From the NCBI GenBank assembly GCA_963774065.1, contig CAVZDO010000002.1:21799-85798 (forward strand): DNA of 64,000 nucleotides. The letters are read 5' to 3'. Below are positions 24,075 to 34,293 of this stretch, piece by piece (within the stretch, counting starts at the first letter, position 1; the number at the start of each line of letters is the position of its first letter). The stretch is from Chitinophagia bacterium. Its GTDB lineage: Bacteria; Bacteroidota; Bacteroidia; Chitinophagales; Chitinophagaceae. The position numbers were made by a program, and so were the translations under genes. The notes under the pieces were generated by a model. The model ran no database searches, was not told the DNA's origin, and saw only the letters and a program-made list of their open reading frames with translations.

Positions 24075-25346
24075 ATGTTCAAATACATAGGATCAATAAT
24101 TGTGGCAATAAATTTTTCAAGTGTATGTTTTTCGCAGGATGCTACAATTCCGCTTCCCGCGCCAAAAAGCGATACCACAATAAAAAACGAAGACACTGTA
24201 TTAAGAATCCGCAATCTCAATCCATACTTCACGCTGCATGTTGACTCCACATTAAATTACAAACTTGAAATCAACAAAGATGCATCCAAGTATTTTTGGT
24301 TTCTTAAAAATTCTCCCATAGGCCTAAGAATTAATAAAGACAATGGCTTATTAACTTTCAAAGCAGAAAAATCATATTTTCTTTCAGGAAAATTAAAGTA
24401 TGATAATCCATATAAAGTTTCTCTTGCAGTACAAAACCTGGATGAACCGAAAGAACGCGTGGACACTTCTTTTACAATAGTTTTTTTTACTACGGATATA
24501 ATTCCGTCGCACGTAAAACCAACAGTGAGCAGCACTTTATTTATTGAAGAAGGCGATACGCTGAGTTTTAAAGTTGAATGTGAAGACGGAAGTTTTCCTA
24601 TCAAGGAAATAAATTTCTTTTCAAATATCCCGATCAAAAATTATACAACAGTAAAAAAATGCGATGATGATTTCACATGGTCGCCGTCGTATGATTTTGT
24701 AAAAGAAACTGATTCTTCCAAACAAAGATTATTGATCTTAAGTTTTGTCGGCACGAATAAATTCTCCATTCATGATACGGCAATTGTGCGCATTTATGTA
24801 AAAGATGCAATGAACTACCCGGTAACGCTTGAAGAATATAATAAAACCGTAAAAGATATTTCTACTTACATACTTCGTTTGAAATATGCATTTGTGCAAT
24901 TAGATCAGAAGGTGAAGAAAACAAAAAACACCCGAACAACTTTTGATTTAACAACAGCAACCACTGCATTAAGCGGAACAGTGCTTTCTTCTGAAAGCAG
25001 CGCCGGCGCGCAAAATGCCGGTAAAATTTTGCCAAGCGCCGGACTAACATTAGTTCCGGTAAAAGAAACTGTTGCTCCGCAGCAAACAGCTGAACAAAAT
25101 TCCGCTTCGTTAATAAGATCAGCTATTAAACGACTTCAATATACTGCGCAGGAAAATAGTTTGACCGGAGAAAAAGATGCGGACATTGTTAAAAAAATGG
25201 CCACTTTAAAAAATGAATTGAAGCAAACGCAAATTCAATTAATAGATGTTCCGATTGATGAAAACAGCAACATGAGTGAAGAGCAACTGAATGCTTATTT
25301 CGACAATCCTAAAGTGAATAAAAAATACAGGTTGAAGAATAAGTAA
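24075..25346 (+). CDS. Hypothetical secreted protein
   Basis: 423-aa ORF with an N-terminal signal-like segment. No motif recognised. Confidence 0.6.
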   Translation: MFKYIGSIIVAINFSSVCFSQDATIPLPAPKSDTTIKNEDTVLRIRNLNPYFTLHVDSTLNYKLEINKDASKYFWFLKNSPIGLRINKDNGLLTFKAEKSYFLSGKLKYDNPYKVSLAVQNLDEPKERVDTSFTIVFFTTDIIPSHVKPTVSSTLFIEEGDTLSFKVECEDGSFPIKEINFFSNIPIKNYTTVKKCDDDFTWSPSYDFVKETDSSKQRLLILSFVGTNKFSIHDTAIVRIYVKDAMNYPVTLEEYNKTVKDISTYILRLKYAFVQLDQKVKKTKNTRTTFDLTTATTALSGTVLSSESSAGAQNAGKILPSAGLTLVPVKETVAPQQTAEQNSASLIRSAIKRLQYTAQENSLTGEKDADIVKKMATLKNELKQTQIQLIDVPIDENSNMSEEQLNAYFDNPKVNKKYRLKNK

Positions 25347-25349
25347 AAT

Positions 25350-26750
25350 TTATTTATAACCAAGAATCTTAAGCATGCTTTGCGCTGTTTGCTCTTTTGC
25401 ATAAACCCAGTCTGTAAGTTTTCCGTTTTTATCGTAGCCGATAACAATGTGTTTGGGCGAAGGAATAAGACAATGTTTTATGCCTCCATATCCGCTTATC
25501 TGATCCTGGTAAGCTCCTGTATGAAAAAATCCGAGGTATAACGGTTCGCCGTTATTTAGTTTCGGCAAAAAAACTTCGTTGATGTGTTCTTCTGAATCAT
25601 AATAATCATGACTGTCGCAGGTCAATCCGCCAAGCACTACGCGCTGATAATCCACATCCCATTTATTTATCGGGAGCATTAAAAATCTTTCACCAATTCC
25701 CCATGTGTCCGGCAAAGTTGTGATGAATGAAGAATCAATCATGTACCATATCTCCCGATCGTTCTGCATTTTTTCACCTATAACGCTGTAAATATGCGCC
25801 ATACTTTCACCAACAGTATAGCTTCCGAATTCTGTAAAAATATTTGGCATCGTAACATTATTCCGCTTGCATGCTTTTTTAATGTTGCTTACAATTTCAT
25901 TTATCATAAACTGATAATTGTATTCAAAGCCTAACGAATGTTTTATCGGAAAACCGCCGCCAATATTTATTGAATCCAACTCCGGACAAATCTTTTTTAA
26001 CTGGCAATATAAATTGATCACTTTGTTCAATTCGCTCCAATAATAAATATCATCTTTAATTCCTTTGTTCAAAAAAATGTGCAGCATCTTTAACTGAAAC
26101 CGATCTTCATTGCCTTCAATTTTATCTACATAAAATTCCAGCACATCTCTTGGCCTGAAACCAAGCCTGCTCGTATAAAAAGGAAATGTTGGTTCTTCTT
26201 CGGCTGCAACTCTTATTCCTAATTTGAAAGGAACTTTAACCGATTTTTTATATTGCTGCAGTTCATCTTTATTATCCAAAATAGGAACAACATTTTTGAA
26301 CCCGTTATTTAATAACCCGGCAATGCGGCTTATGTATGGCTTTTGTTTGAACCCGTTGCAGATGATGTAAGTTTCTTTCGTTATTTTTTTTCTTTCAAAT
26401 AATTTTTTTACAATTTCAATATCATAGGCATAAGAAGTTTCGATGTGAATGTCGTGATTCAGCGCTTCTTCCAGTATAAAAGAAAAGTGAGAACTTTTTG
26501 TGCAATAGCAATAAAAATATTTTCCTTCGTAATGATGACGCTTAAGTGCAGTGGCAAACATTTTTTTTGCCTTTTTTATCTGCGCGCCGATTTTAGGAAG
26601 ATAAGTCAGCTTCAACGGCGTGCCGTATTTATCTATGAGCGATTTTATATCAACTCCGTTAAATTGAAGATAATTATCTTTTACTTCAAAATCCTCCTGC
26701 GGAAAGTTGAAAGTTTGTTGCACCAAATCTGCGTACGTGTTATTATTCAT
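25350..26750 (-). CDS. PLP-dependent decarboxylase, short arginine decarboxylase type
   Basis: Overall resemblance to type III PLP decarboxylases (YGTPLKLTY..., GGGFPI). The substrate call is from memory of Bacteroidota annotations. Confidence 0.7.
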   Translation of the reverse strand: MNNNTYADLVQQTFNFPQEDFEVKDNYLQFNGVDIKSLIDKYGTPLKLTYLPKIGAQIKKAKKMFATALKRHHYEGKYFYCYCTKSSHFSFILEEALNHDIHIETSYAYDIEIVKKLFERKKITKETYIICNGFKQKPYISRIAGLLNNGFKNVVPILDNKDELQQYKKSVKVPFKLGIRVAAEEEPTFPFYTSRLGFRPRDVLEFYVDKIEGNEDRFQLKMLHIFLNKGIKDDIYYWSELNKVINLYCQLKKICPELDSINIGGGFPIKHSLGFEYNYQFMINEIVSNIKKACKRNNVTMPNIFTEFGSYTVGESMAHIYSVIGEKMQNDREIWYMIDSSFITTLPDTWGIGERFLMLPINKWDVDYQRVVLGGLTCDSHDYYDSEEHINEVFLPKLNNGEPLYLGFFHTGAYQDQISGYGGIKHCLIPSPKHIVIGYDKNGKLTDWVYAKEQTAQSMLKILGYK

Positions 26751-26967
26751 GATGATGTTTAATTTCTTATGTCCTCAATTTATAATTGCCGGACAAATCG
26801 GATGCAAATGTAATTTTTTGAACAATTCGGAGAGATAATTTTTTTGGAACGTATGGTTAAGATTTCGGCAAGAGTTTTTTCAACTCTATACAATTGCGCA
26901 TAAAAAAACCGGAAGCTTTAACTTCCGGCCTACGATTTGAGAAATAGGGACCAAAAAATCTTGATTT

Positions 26968-27312
26968 TTATTTTACTGAAGCTATAAGTTGTTTAAAAGA
27001 TTCCGGTTCATTCATCGCAAGGTCTGCAAGAACTTTTCGATCCAAAGTTATTCCTTTCTGGTTCAATTTATGAATGAATTCAGAATAGGTCAATCCTTCT
27101 TCTCTTACCGCAGCATTGATTCGCACGATCCACAACGAACGGTATTCTCTCTTTTTTAATTTGCGACCAACAAAACGATAGGTCAATCCTTTTTCCAATA
27201 CATTTTTTGCAACAGTATAAACATTTTTACGTTTGCCGTAAAAACCTTTGGCTTGTTTTAAGATGCGCTTTCTGCGTGCCTTTGATGCAACAGCGTTAAC
27301 TGAACGTGGCAT
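26968..27312 (-). CDS. rplT: 50S ribosomal protein L20
   Basis: [26 protein letters not shown]. Confidence 0.97.
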   Translation of the reverse strand: MPRSVNAVASKARRKRILKQAKGFYGKRKNVYTVAKNVLEKGLTYRFVGRKLKKREYRSLWIVRINAAVREEGLTYSEFIHKLNQKGITLDRKVLADLAMNEPESFKQLIASVK

Positions 27313-27383
27313 AACTATTTAATATTTTAGATTGTAAATTTTATTTGCTGTCAACGGTCAACTGTCGTCCGTCGACCTCTCGT

Positions 27384-27581
27384 CTACTTGAGTCTCAATA
27401 AACGTTTAACAAAATCCGAATTGGGTTTGCTTACGATTCCTTTTTTACGAAGATTGCGTTTACGCTTTTTTGATTTTTTTGTAAGGATGTGCCTTTTATA
27501 TGCACGCTGAAAAGTGATTTCGCCAGTGCCGGTTACCTTAAACCTTTTTTTAGCGCTGGAATTAGTTTTTACCTTTGGCAT
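27384..27581 (-). CDS. rpmI: 50S ribosomal protein L35
   Basis: [20 protein letters not shown]. Confidence 0.95.
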   Translation of the reverse strand: MPKVKTNSSAKKRFKVTGTGEITFQRAYKRHILTKKSKKRKRNLRKKGIVSKPNSDFVKRLLRLK

Positions 27582-27744
27582 TTTTATACCGTATTTTAAT
27601 TATACCCTGCTGGCGTTCCGCTCCGGCGGAATCTTTGTGAGCCTTGTGGGCAATAATGATTTCGTTCTTGCAACAAAATCATCCATAAAAATGGAGCGCA
27701 AAGGTAAATTATAAAAGTTAAAAAGAGTAATTAATTTTTGAGAG

Positions 27745-27821
27745 ATTATGTAGCCACCATTTGGAATTCTATTTAGCATTCTTGCGTCGCACTCTTGTAC
27801 AGTAACAAGTCTATTGAACGC
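27745..27821 (+). repeat. 19-nt-core intergenic repeat, copy 3
   Basis: Core at 27782-27800. Confidence 0.9.
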
Positions 27822-27877
27822 CTTACTAAATTCATCCTTCATTTATGCGTTCAATTTCTAACTTTTAACTTCATACC

Positions 27878-28144
27878 TCATACTTCAGACTTCACTACAC
27901 TCTTTGTCTCAGTTAATTTATTCATTTCAAATAAATATGCCTGCTCTGAAATTGAAACTAAAGCATGGTATGTTATTACAGCGGAAGGATTTTTAATTAT
28001 ATCACTTCTTACAAATCCTTTTATTTGATTTGGGAACGGAGGTTTCAGATTGCTTTTATAATATGCTGTGCCGCTATTAATATTTTCACCATTTTTGTGT
28101 TCTATCCAAAAAAAACTAAAAAAATATTCTTCTCTGTTTTCCAT
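27878..28144 (-). CDS. Hypothetical small protein
   Basis: 88-aa ORF with ATG start in an otherwise non-coding spacer. No motif recognised. Confidence 0.35.
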   Translation of the reverse strand: MENREEYFFSFFWIEHKNGENINSGTAYYKSNLKPPFPNQIKGFVRSDIIKNPSAVITYHALVSISEQAYLFEMNKLTETKSVVKSEV

Positions 28145-28206
28145 TTATAAAATATTATAACCCTCATTAAGAAAATATCGAAGAACACAAAGTTAGTCTA
28201 TATAAT

Positions 28207-28355
28207 TATGAAGTATAAGATATGAAGTATAAACTATGAGCTATGAACTATAACGTAAAATCGATTTCTAACTTCATATCTCATACTTCCTACTTCTACC
28301 TTCTATCTTCAACCTCATACCTCATACCTCATACCTCATACCTCATACCTCAAAC
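28207..28355. repeat. Intergenic word hairpin (TATGAAGTA words / CATACCT words)
   Basis: Read directly from the sequence. It includes (cctcata)x5. Confidence 0.8.
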
Positions 28356-28363
28356 TTCTTTCT

Positions 28364-30343
28364 CTACTCACCAAGCCTGTATTTCACATCCGCAGTTTTT
28401 CCTTTCCAGTCATCAGTTCGGAAAGATGAAGCAGGAAATCCTTCTTTATTAAAAAGATTTGCTTCGAGCGCATCATCAGACCACGCATATCGAACGGCAA
28501 CCGGATTATTAATTTCATCACGGTAAACAACAACCTTATCTCCGTCAACATAAGCTTTAGCATAATGAAAATGCTTATCGCTGCCGGCAATTTCAAAACC
28601 TTTCAGATAACCGTATTTATCTTTCACCATCAAACCGCTGCCTTCGTGAGTAAATGATAATATTATTTTGTTTCCGTCTGTTTTCATCGACTGATACATT
28701 GGTCCGCTAAACTCCATCGTATGTGCATATACGTTAGCAAGTGCAATATCTGCAAGTCTTTTTCCGACATCCTGTTTATTTTTTGGATGAATATCGTCAG
28801 ATAATCCGATATCCGTTGTTACAGCCATTCCTGTATTTGGCAAAGAAAGTGTCATCGTTTGCGCTTCGCGCAATTCAGCCCATGTGCTGCCGCGTTCGCT
28901 GTTTCCATTGTCGGCATTAAAGCTCGCCAACTGTACAAAATAAAAAGGAAAATTTCCTTCGTTCCACTGATTGCGCCAATCTGTGATCATCAATGGAAAA
29001 GATTTTCTGTATTCATAAGCGCTGCCTGCATTTGATTCGCCCTGGTACCAGATTGCGCCTTTGATTGCATACGGAATTAATGGATTGATCATCGCATTAA
29101 AAAGTAAAGTTGGATAACTGTTAGGCCCGATGCCGGTTGTATTTGAATAGACAGATTGAATTTTGAATGACCACTCTCCTGACAGGCTGATTACTTTATT
29201 GCCGATTGTAATTTTCATATCCGATGCATCGCCATAAATACCGCCACCACCGCCGGTATCTTCCACGCGAACGGTAATAACATTTTTTCCTGCTTTTAAA
29301 ATTCCTGCGGGAATTGTGTAATTACGAAGCTCGCTATATTTATTTTTTGTTTCGCCAACTTTGGTTCCATTCACATAACTTTCATCGGAATCATCAATCT
29401 TACTTAATTCGATAGTTGCAGATTTGCCGGCATCAACATCATCAACAATAATTGTTTTTCGAAACCACACCAATCCATCAAGATCTTCCAAACCTAATCC
29501 CTGCTGTTCCCAAAGTCCGGGTAATTTCATGTGCGGCCAATTGCTGTCGTCAAAATTTTGTTCTTTCCATTGTTCCGTATTTGCATGTTCATCAAATGTG
29601 CCTTGCAGCGATTCTATCTTTTTCATCACCGCTTCTTTTTTCTGTTTCGCCATCGCTTCCAAATCGAGAGTCGACATACTATCGATCATCTTTTTAAAAT
29701 AATTATCTTGTTCAAACGCTTTTCTGCTTATCCATGTTTCCACCATCGTTCCGCCCCAGGATGTATTTATTAACCCGATTGGAACATGCAATTGTTTGTA
29801 TAATTCTCTTGCAAAAAAATATCCTGTCGCGGTAAAATCTCCTGCAGTTTGCGGACTGCATATATTCCAATCTACTTTTGTTACATCTTCTTTCGGAGTG
29901 GAACTAACGGTGTTGGGTATCTTAACCTGCCGTATTTCGGGATAATCAGCATCTGCAATTTCTTTTTGATAATTATTTATTTTCCCCCAGCCTTCAATTG
30001 GCATTTCCATATTCGATTGACCGGAGCAAATCCACACTTCGCCAACGAGAACATTGTTGATGGTCAAAATATTTTTTCCGGTAATTATTAATTGATACGG
30101 ACCTCCGGCAGTTTCAGCGTCCAATTTCACCATCCATTTTCCATCTTTGCCGGCTTTTGTTGTTTTAGATTGCTTGTCAAACTGCACGGTAATTTTTTCA
30201 CCTGCGTTTGCCCAGCCCCAAATTGGAATGAGTTGATTTCTCTGCAAAACCATATTATCGCTAAAAAATTTTGGCAAACTAACATTTGCAAAAGCGAGAT
30301 GAATTAAAAAGAAAGAAAGAAAAACCGAATAGATTTTTTTCAT
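28364..30343 (-). CDS. Sialate O-acetylesterase-like carbohydrate esterase
   Basis: Signal peptide plus the GQSNM catalytic motif (VWICSGQSNMEMP). Confidence 0.8.
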   Translation of the reverse strand: MKKIYSVFLSFFLIHLAFANVSLPKFFSDNMVLQRNQLIPIWGWANAGEKITVQFDKQSKTTKAGKDGKWMVKLDAETAGGPYQLIITGKNILTINNVLVGEVWICSGQSNMEMPIEGWGKINNYQKEIADADYPEIRQVKIPNTVSSTPKEDVTKVDWNICSPQTAGDFTATGYFFARELYKQLHVPIGLINTSWGGTMVETWISRKAFEQDNYFKKMIDSMSTLDLEAMAKQKKEAVMKKIESLQGTFDEHANTEQWKEQNFDDSNWPHMKLPGLWEQQGLGLEDLDGLVWFRKTIIVDDVDAGKSATIELSKIDDSDESYVNGTKVGETKNKYSELRNYTIPAGILKAGKNVITVRVEDTGGGGGIYGDASDMKITIGNKVISLSGEWSFKIQSVYSNTTGIGPNSYPTLLFNAMINPLIPYAIKGAIWYQGESNAGSAYEYRKSFPLMITDWRNQWNEGNFPFYFVQLASFNADNGNSERGSTWAELREAQTMTLSLPNTGMAVTTDIGLSDDIHPKNKQDVGKRLADIALANVYAHTMEFSGPMYQSMKTDGNKIILSFTHEGSGLMVKDKYGYLKGFEIAGSDKHFHYAKAYVDGDKVVVYRDEINNPVAVRYAWSDDALEANLFNKEGFPASSFRTDDWKGKTADVKYRLGE

Positions 30344-30442
30344 ACAGCAATTGTTTTAGAAGAATTAGATATCTCGCAAGGGCGCAATAATAGTTGAAAC
30401 TTTACACAAGCTTTATGCCTAGCGTCTTTGCGAGAAATAAAT

Positions 30443-32167
30443 TTATTTCAACTTCATATCTGCAATAATTCCGTTGATGCGGTTATCCAATTCTGATTTT
30501 ACTTTATCAAAATCGTTTGCATCATTCAACTTCGTATTCACGCTGAAATAAAATTTTATTTTCGGTTCAGTTCCCGACGGACGTGCGGAAATTTTACTTC
30601 CGTCTTCAAGAATAAATTGCAGCACATTTGATTCCGGCAATGTTATTTCCCATGTTTCGCCTGTCTGCAAATTCTTACCTATGCGCAATTCGTAATCGAG
30701 CAATTGAATAACTGGCGAACCATTAATATTTGCGGGCGGATTTTTTCGATAGGTTTCCATCATATCTGCAATTTCTTTTTGTCCGTTCATTCCTTTTTTA
30801 GTGATGGAAATAAGACTTTCCTTGTAAAAACCATATTTAATATAGAGCTGAATAAGTTTGTTGTACAATGTTTTTCCCTGGTTTTTTTCATAGGCCGCCA
30901 TTTCGCATAACAAAGCAACGGCGCTCACTGCATCTTTATCTCGCACTTTCGAACCAATCATCATTCCATAACTTTCTTCTCCGCCTATAACATAATTTTC
31001 ATGCGCTTCTTTTTCTTTTATCAATTCAGCGATCCATTTAAAACCGGTTAGCACGTTATATATTTTTATTCCGCTTTGCTTTGCAATTTCATTAATCATG
31101 TCTGTGGTTACAATTGTTTTCACCACCATATCATTATGCTGCGCGATGCCTTTTGCTTTTCGCGCCTCAATCATATAATTAAATGCAAGAACTGCAGTTT
31201 GATTTCCATTCATCAACACCCAGTTTCCGTTGTTATCTTTAATGCCAATGCCAACACGATCCGCATCAGGATCCGTTCCCAATAAAATATCCGCATCCAA
31301 CTCTTTAGCTTTTTTCAAACCAATACTCATCGCTTCACTTTCTTCCGGGTTGGGATATACAACCGTTGGAAAATTTCCATCCGGCGTTGCCTGTTCATCC
31401 ACAATATGCACATTGGTAAATCCAAAACGTTGCAAAACTTCCGGCACCAATTTAATTCCCGTTCCATGAATCGGCGTGTACACGATGCGCAGGTTGTGTT
31501 GCTTTTCAATAATTTCAGGGTAAACAGACAAACCCATTACCATACCCATGTATGCTTCATCAATTTCTTTTCCGATAATTGTAATATTACTTTCTCCGCC
31601 GGCCCATTTCACTTCATCAACCGAAGCGATTTTTTCCACTTCCTTTATTACATTTTCATCGTGCGGCGGAACTAGCTGACCACCGTCGTTCCAATAAGCT
31701 TTGTATCCATTATATTCTTTCGGATTGTGCGAAGCAGTGCAAACAACTCCACCCTGGCAACCAAGTTGGCGAATGGTGAAACTCAGTTCCGGCGTAGGTC
31801 GTAGCGATTGAAACAAAAAAACTCTTATGCCATTGGAAGCAAAAACTTTTGCAGCAGTTTCTGCAAAAAACCGGCTGTTGTTGCGGCTGTCATAAGCTAT
31901 GGCAACTTTTGTTTGCGTTGGAAATGATTGCCTGAGATAATTTGCATAGCCCTGCGTTGCCATGCCAACAGTATATTTATTCATGCGGTTGGTGCCAACG
32001 CCCATGATTCCGCGCAGACCTCCGGTTCCGAATTCAAGATTTTTATAAAAGCTTTCGGTTAATTCAGCGGGATTATCTTTTTGCAATTTTATTATTTCAT
32101 CTTTGGTTGCCTGGTCGTAATTGCCATTCAACCATGTATCTATTTTTTCCTGAATCGCGGAGTCCAT
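30443..32167 (-). CDS. pgm: Phosphoglucomutase/phosphomannomutase family protein
   Basis: Active-site TASHNPKEYNGYK and the metal loop GTDPDADR. Confidence 0.9.
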   Translation of the reverse strand: MDSAIQEKIDTWLNGNYDQATKDEIIKLQKDNPAELTESFYKNLEFGTGGLRGIMGVGTNRMNKYTVGMATQGYANYLRQSFPTQTKVAIAYDSRNNSRFFAETAAKVFASNGIRVFLFQSLRPTPELSFTIRQLGCQGGVVCTASHNPKEYNGYKAYWNDGGQLVPPHDENVIKEVEKIASVDEVKWAGGESNITIIGKEIDEAYMGMVMGLSVYPEIIEKQHNLRIVYTPIHGTGIKLVPEVLQRFGFTNVHIVDEQATPDGNFPTVVYPNPEESEAMSIGLKKAKELDADILLGTDPDADRVGIGIKDNNGNWVLMNGNQTAVLAFNYMIEARKAKGIAQHNDMVVKTIVTTDMINEIAKQSGIKIYNVLTGFKWIAELIKEKEAHENYVIGGEESYGMMIGSKVRDKDAVSAVALLCEMAAYEKNQGKTLYNKLIQLYIKYGFYKESLISITKKGMNGQKEIADMMETYRKNPPANINGSPVIQLLDYELRIGKNLQTGETWEITLPESNVLQFILEDGSKISARPSGTEPKIKFYFSVNTKLNDANDFDKVKSELDNRINGIIADMKLK

Positions 32168-32441
32168 TTTTTAAAAATTTTATGAGAAAGGTAAGTGATC
32201 AAAAAACTAATTTCGGTAAGATTGCGAAAATTAGCAAATCTGCTTGTTAAACCCATCATTCCAAATTCAATCCAAAACAAATAATTTTTGAAAAGACAGA
32301 TTTCTTTAATTTTGCGTTAAGCCTTACGTGCATTGAATTTATAACTAAGCTTTCACAAAATAGAAAGTAAATTTGACGTTAGTAGGATAATCAATCCGTA
32401 CGATGAAGAGTTGAAATATTTTTTTATTTTAACCTGAATGA

Positions 32442-33815
32442 ATGGCTACTTACCTTTTGCTACGCGACAATAAACAATTTGGACCCCTTACTTTAGATGA
32501 GCTAAAACAAAAAGGCTTCAAGGCTTATGATTTAGTTTGGGTTGAAGGAAAAAGCGCCGCATGGCGTTATCCTTCCGAAATTGAAGAATTGAAAGCATTT
32601 GCTCCCGTTGTTGAAGAACAACCTTTCGATCGCTTTTACAAAAGACCTCCTGCTGAAAATAAAAATTCCACGGTTGTTCAAAAAGAAATACCGCAGGCAA
32701 GAGAAGAACCTAAGCCTGCAATTGTTGAAAAGCAATACGTAAATATTTCCCGCGGCGAAAGCGAAAAGGTTTATGTAACGTTACCTGCAAGAACTGCTGC
32801 ATCGCTCTCCACGCCTGCTCCGTCTATTAAAAAAAATATTTCTGAAGAAATAAAATATCAACCTGCACAGGAAAAAATTTACAGTGAAGAAAAATTTGTG
32901 AAAGAAAGCGCATTTGGGAATGAATTTCTTCAAACTGATGTGGTGCAAAAGAATCAAAATGTAGAAAAAAGGCAACAGGGTAAACCATTAGCCGGTAATA
33001 AAATACTGAAGCCTATATTAATAACTTTTGGAATCGTGGCTTTATTAGGTTCGGGAATTTTAATTGGCATGTTGCTAAATAAAAACGCATCTCTTTCAAT
33101 CGAAAAAAATAACGAACAGGTTAAGCAAGCGCCGGTTACTGCTAATAATCAACCCGCAAAAGAAAATCAATCCAACACATCAGCCATTCCGGTTTCAAAT
33201 AAGCCGGCAGACAGCAACCAAAATAATCAGCCCGCAAATCAGCAATCCGATATAGCTACACAACAGGAAAAAACAACTCCGGAAAAAAATACGAATATTA
33301 CATCGCAAACATCAGCACAAACTGACAATAAAAATGCAGCTGTCGATCTGAATAAAAAAATACACCAAAAACCAAAACCTATTCTGCCTAAAAAAATTCC
33401 TGTACCCGCGCAGGAAGAAGCGTCCACTGTGGATTCTGACGCTTCGGGAATTACTCACAGATCAGCAACACATCGTACCGATGAAATTTCAGATAAAGTT
33501 GCTCTGAAAACAAATATTGCAGATATGGTTGCACTAACTGCAAGTAATTATACCGTTGGAACATTCGGAGGTATTTCTAACTTACAGATAACCGTTAGTA
33601 ATCACTCGATCTATCCGCTCGATCTTGTTGTTGTTGAAGTGCAATACATCCAGGCTAACAAAAAAATATTTAAAACTGAAAATATTTATTTTCATAACAT
33701 TGGCGCAGGTTCTGCTTTAATGCAGGAAGCTCCAAAAAGTCCGCGCGGAATTAAAGTGCAATACAAACTTGTTCTTATTAATTCAAAAGAATCCGGGCTT
33801 TCTTACTCAAACTGA
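32442..33815 (+). CDS. GYF_2-domain membrane protein with Q/N/P-rich linker
   Basis: The N-terminus YLLLRDNKQFGPLTLDELK...DLVWVEGKSAAWRYPSEI is GYF_2-like. It has a central TM helix and a low-complexity region. Confidence 0.7.
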   Translation: MATYLLLRDNKQFGPLTLDELKQKGFKAYDLVWVEGKSAAWRYPSEIEELKAFAPVVEEQPFDRFYKRPPAENKNSTVVQKEIPQAREEPKPAIVEKQYVNISRGESEKVYVTLPARTAASLSTPAPSIKKNISEEIKYQPAQEKIYSEEKFVKESAFGNEFLQTDVVQKNQNVEKRQQGKPLAGNKILKPILITFGIVALLGSGILIGMLLNKNASLSIEKNNEQVKQAPVTANNQPAKENQSNTSAIPVSNKPADSNQNNQPANQQSDIATQQEKTTPEKNTNITSQTSAQTDNKNAAVDLNKKIHQKPKPILPKKIPVPAQEEASTVDSDASGITHRSATHRTDEISDKVALKTNIADMVALTASNYTVGTFGGISNLQITVSNHSIYPLDLVVVEVQYIQANKKIFKTENIYFHNIGAGSALMQEAPKSPRGIKVQYKLVLINSKESGLSYSN

Positions 33816-33957
33816 TTAACAACCAGTTTGCAAAAATTACCTCTGATTTTTCCACATTCCATTTCATTGGCATATTACTTGAACTATAAAAGTGTGCCAC
33901 CCGTTAAATCCATTATTCCTTTATTTTTATTTTGTATCGAAACTCAGCCAAAGAATC

Positions 33958-34182
33958 ATGAAAAATGGATATGCTCAACTTTGTATGTTGCTGATAGCAA
34001 TAATAGGCATGCACTCAGCGAGAATTTTACGCAGTTCACCGACTAAATCCCAGACTCCGATTCCGAAAAATGTAAAAAATGTTTTCCAGGTTTCCGCTCA
34101 TGATTCGGTAAATACGACCGTTAAAAACGGAAATTTGAATTTATCTGTTCTTCCCGGTTTGTGGAATATGTTTATCAAATGA
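33958..34182 (+). CDS. Small secreted hypothetical protein
   Basis: ATG start with a signal-like QLCMLLIAIIGMHSA. A terminator at 34226-34260 follows. Confidence 0.35.
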   Translation: MKNGYAQLCMLLIAIIGMHSARILRSSPTKSQTPIPKNVKNVFQVSAHDSVNTTVKNGNLNLSVLPGLWNMFIK

Positions 34183-34225
34183 TACCTTAGAAGCTTTTGA
34201 AAATAAATATAAGGACGGTTTATGT

Positions 34226-34260
34226 AAAACGGCTGGCTTTTAAAGTCAGCCGTTTTTATT
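34226..34260 (+). terminator. Intrinsic terminator
   Basis: AAAACGGCTG-gcttttaaagt-CAGCCGTTTT followed by T. Confidence 0.6.
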
Positions 34261-34293
34261 TACGTTTTATTATCTTTCCGTTTCAATTCTTTC

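Noticed and set aside
27600-27842. 80-aa ORF upstream of rpmI
   Set aside because: It spans the leader-like region and copy 3 of the 19-nt-core repeat. Part of its sequence is just the translated repeat.
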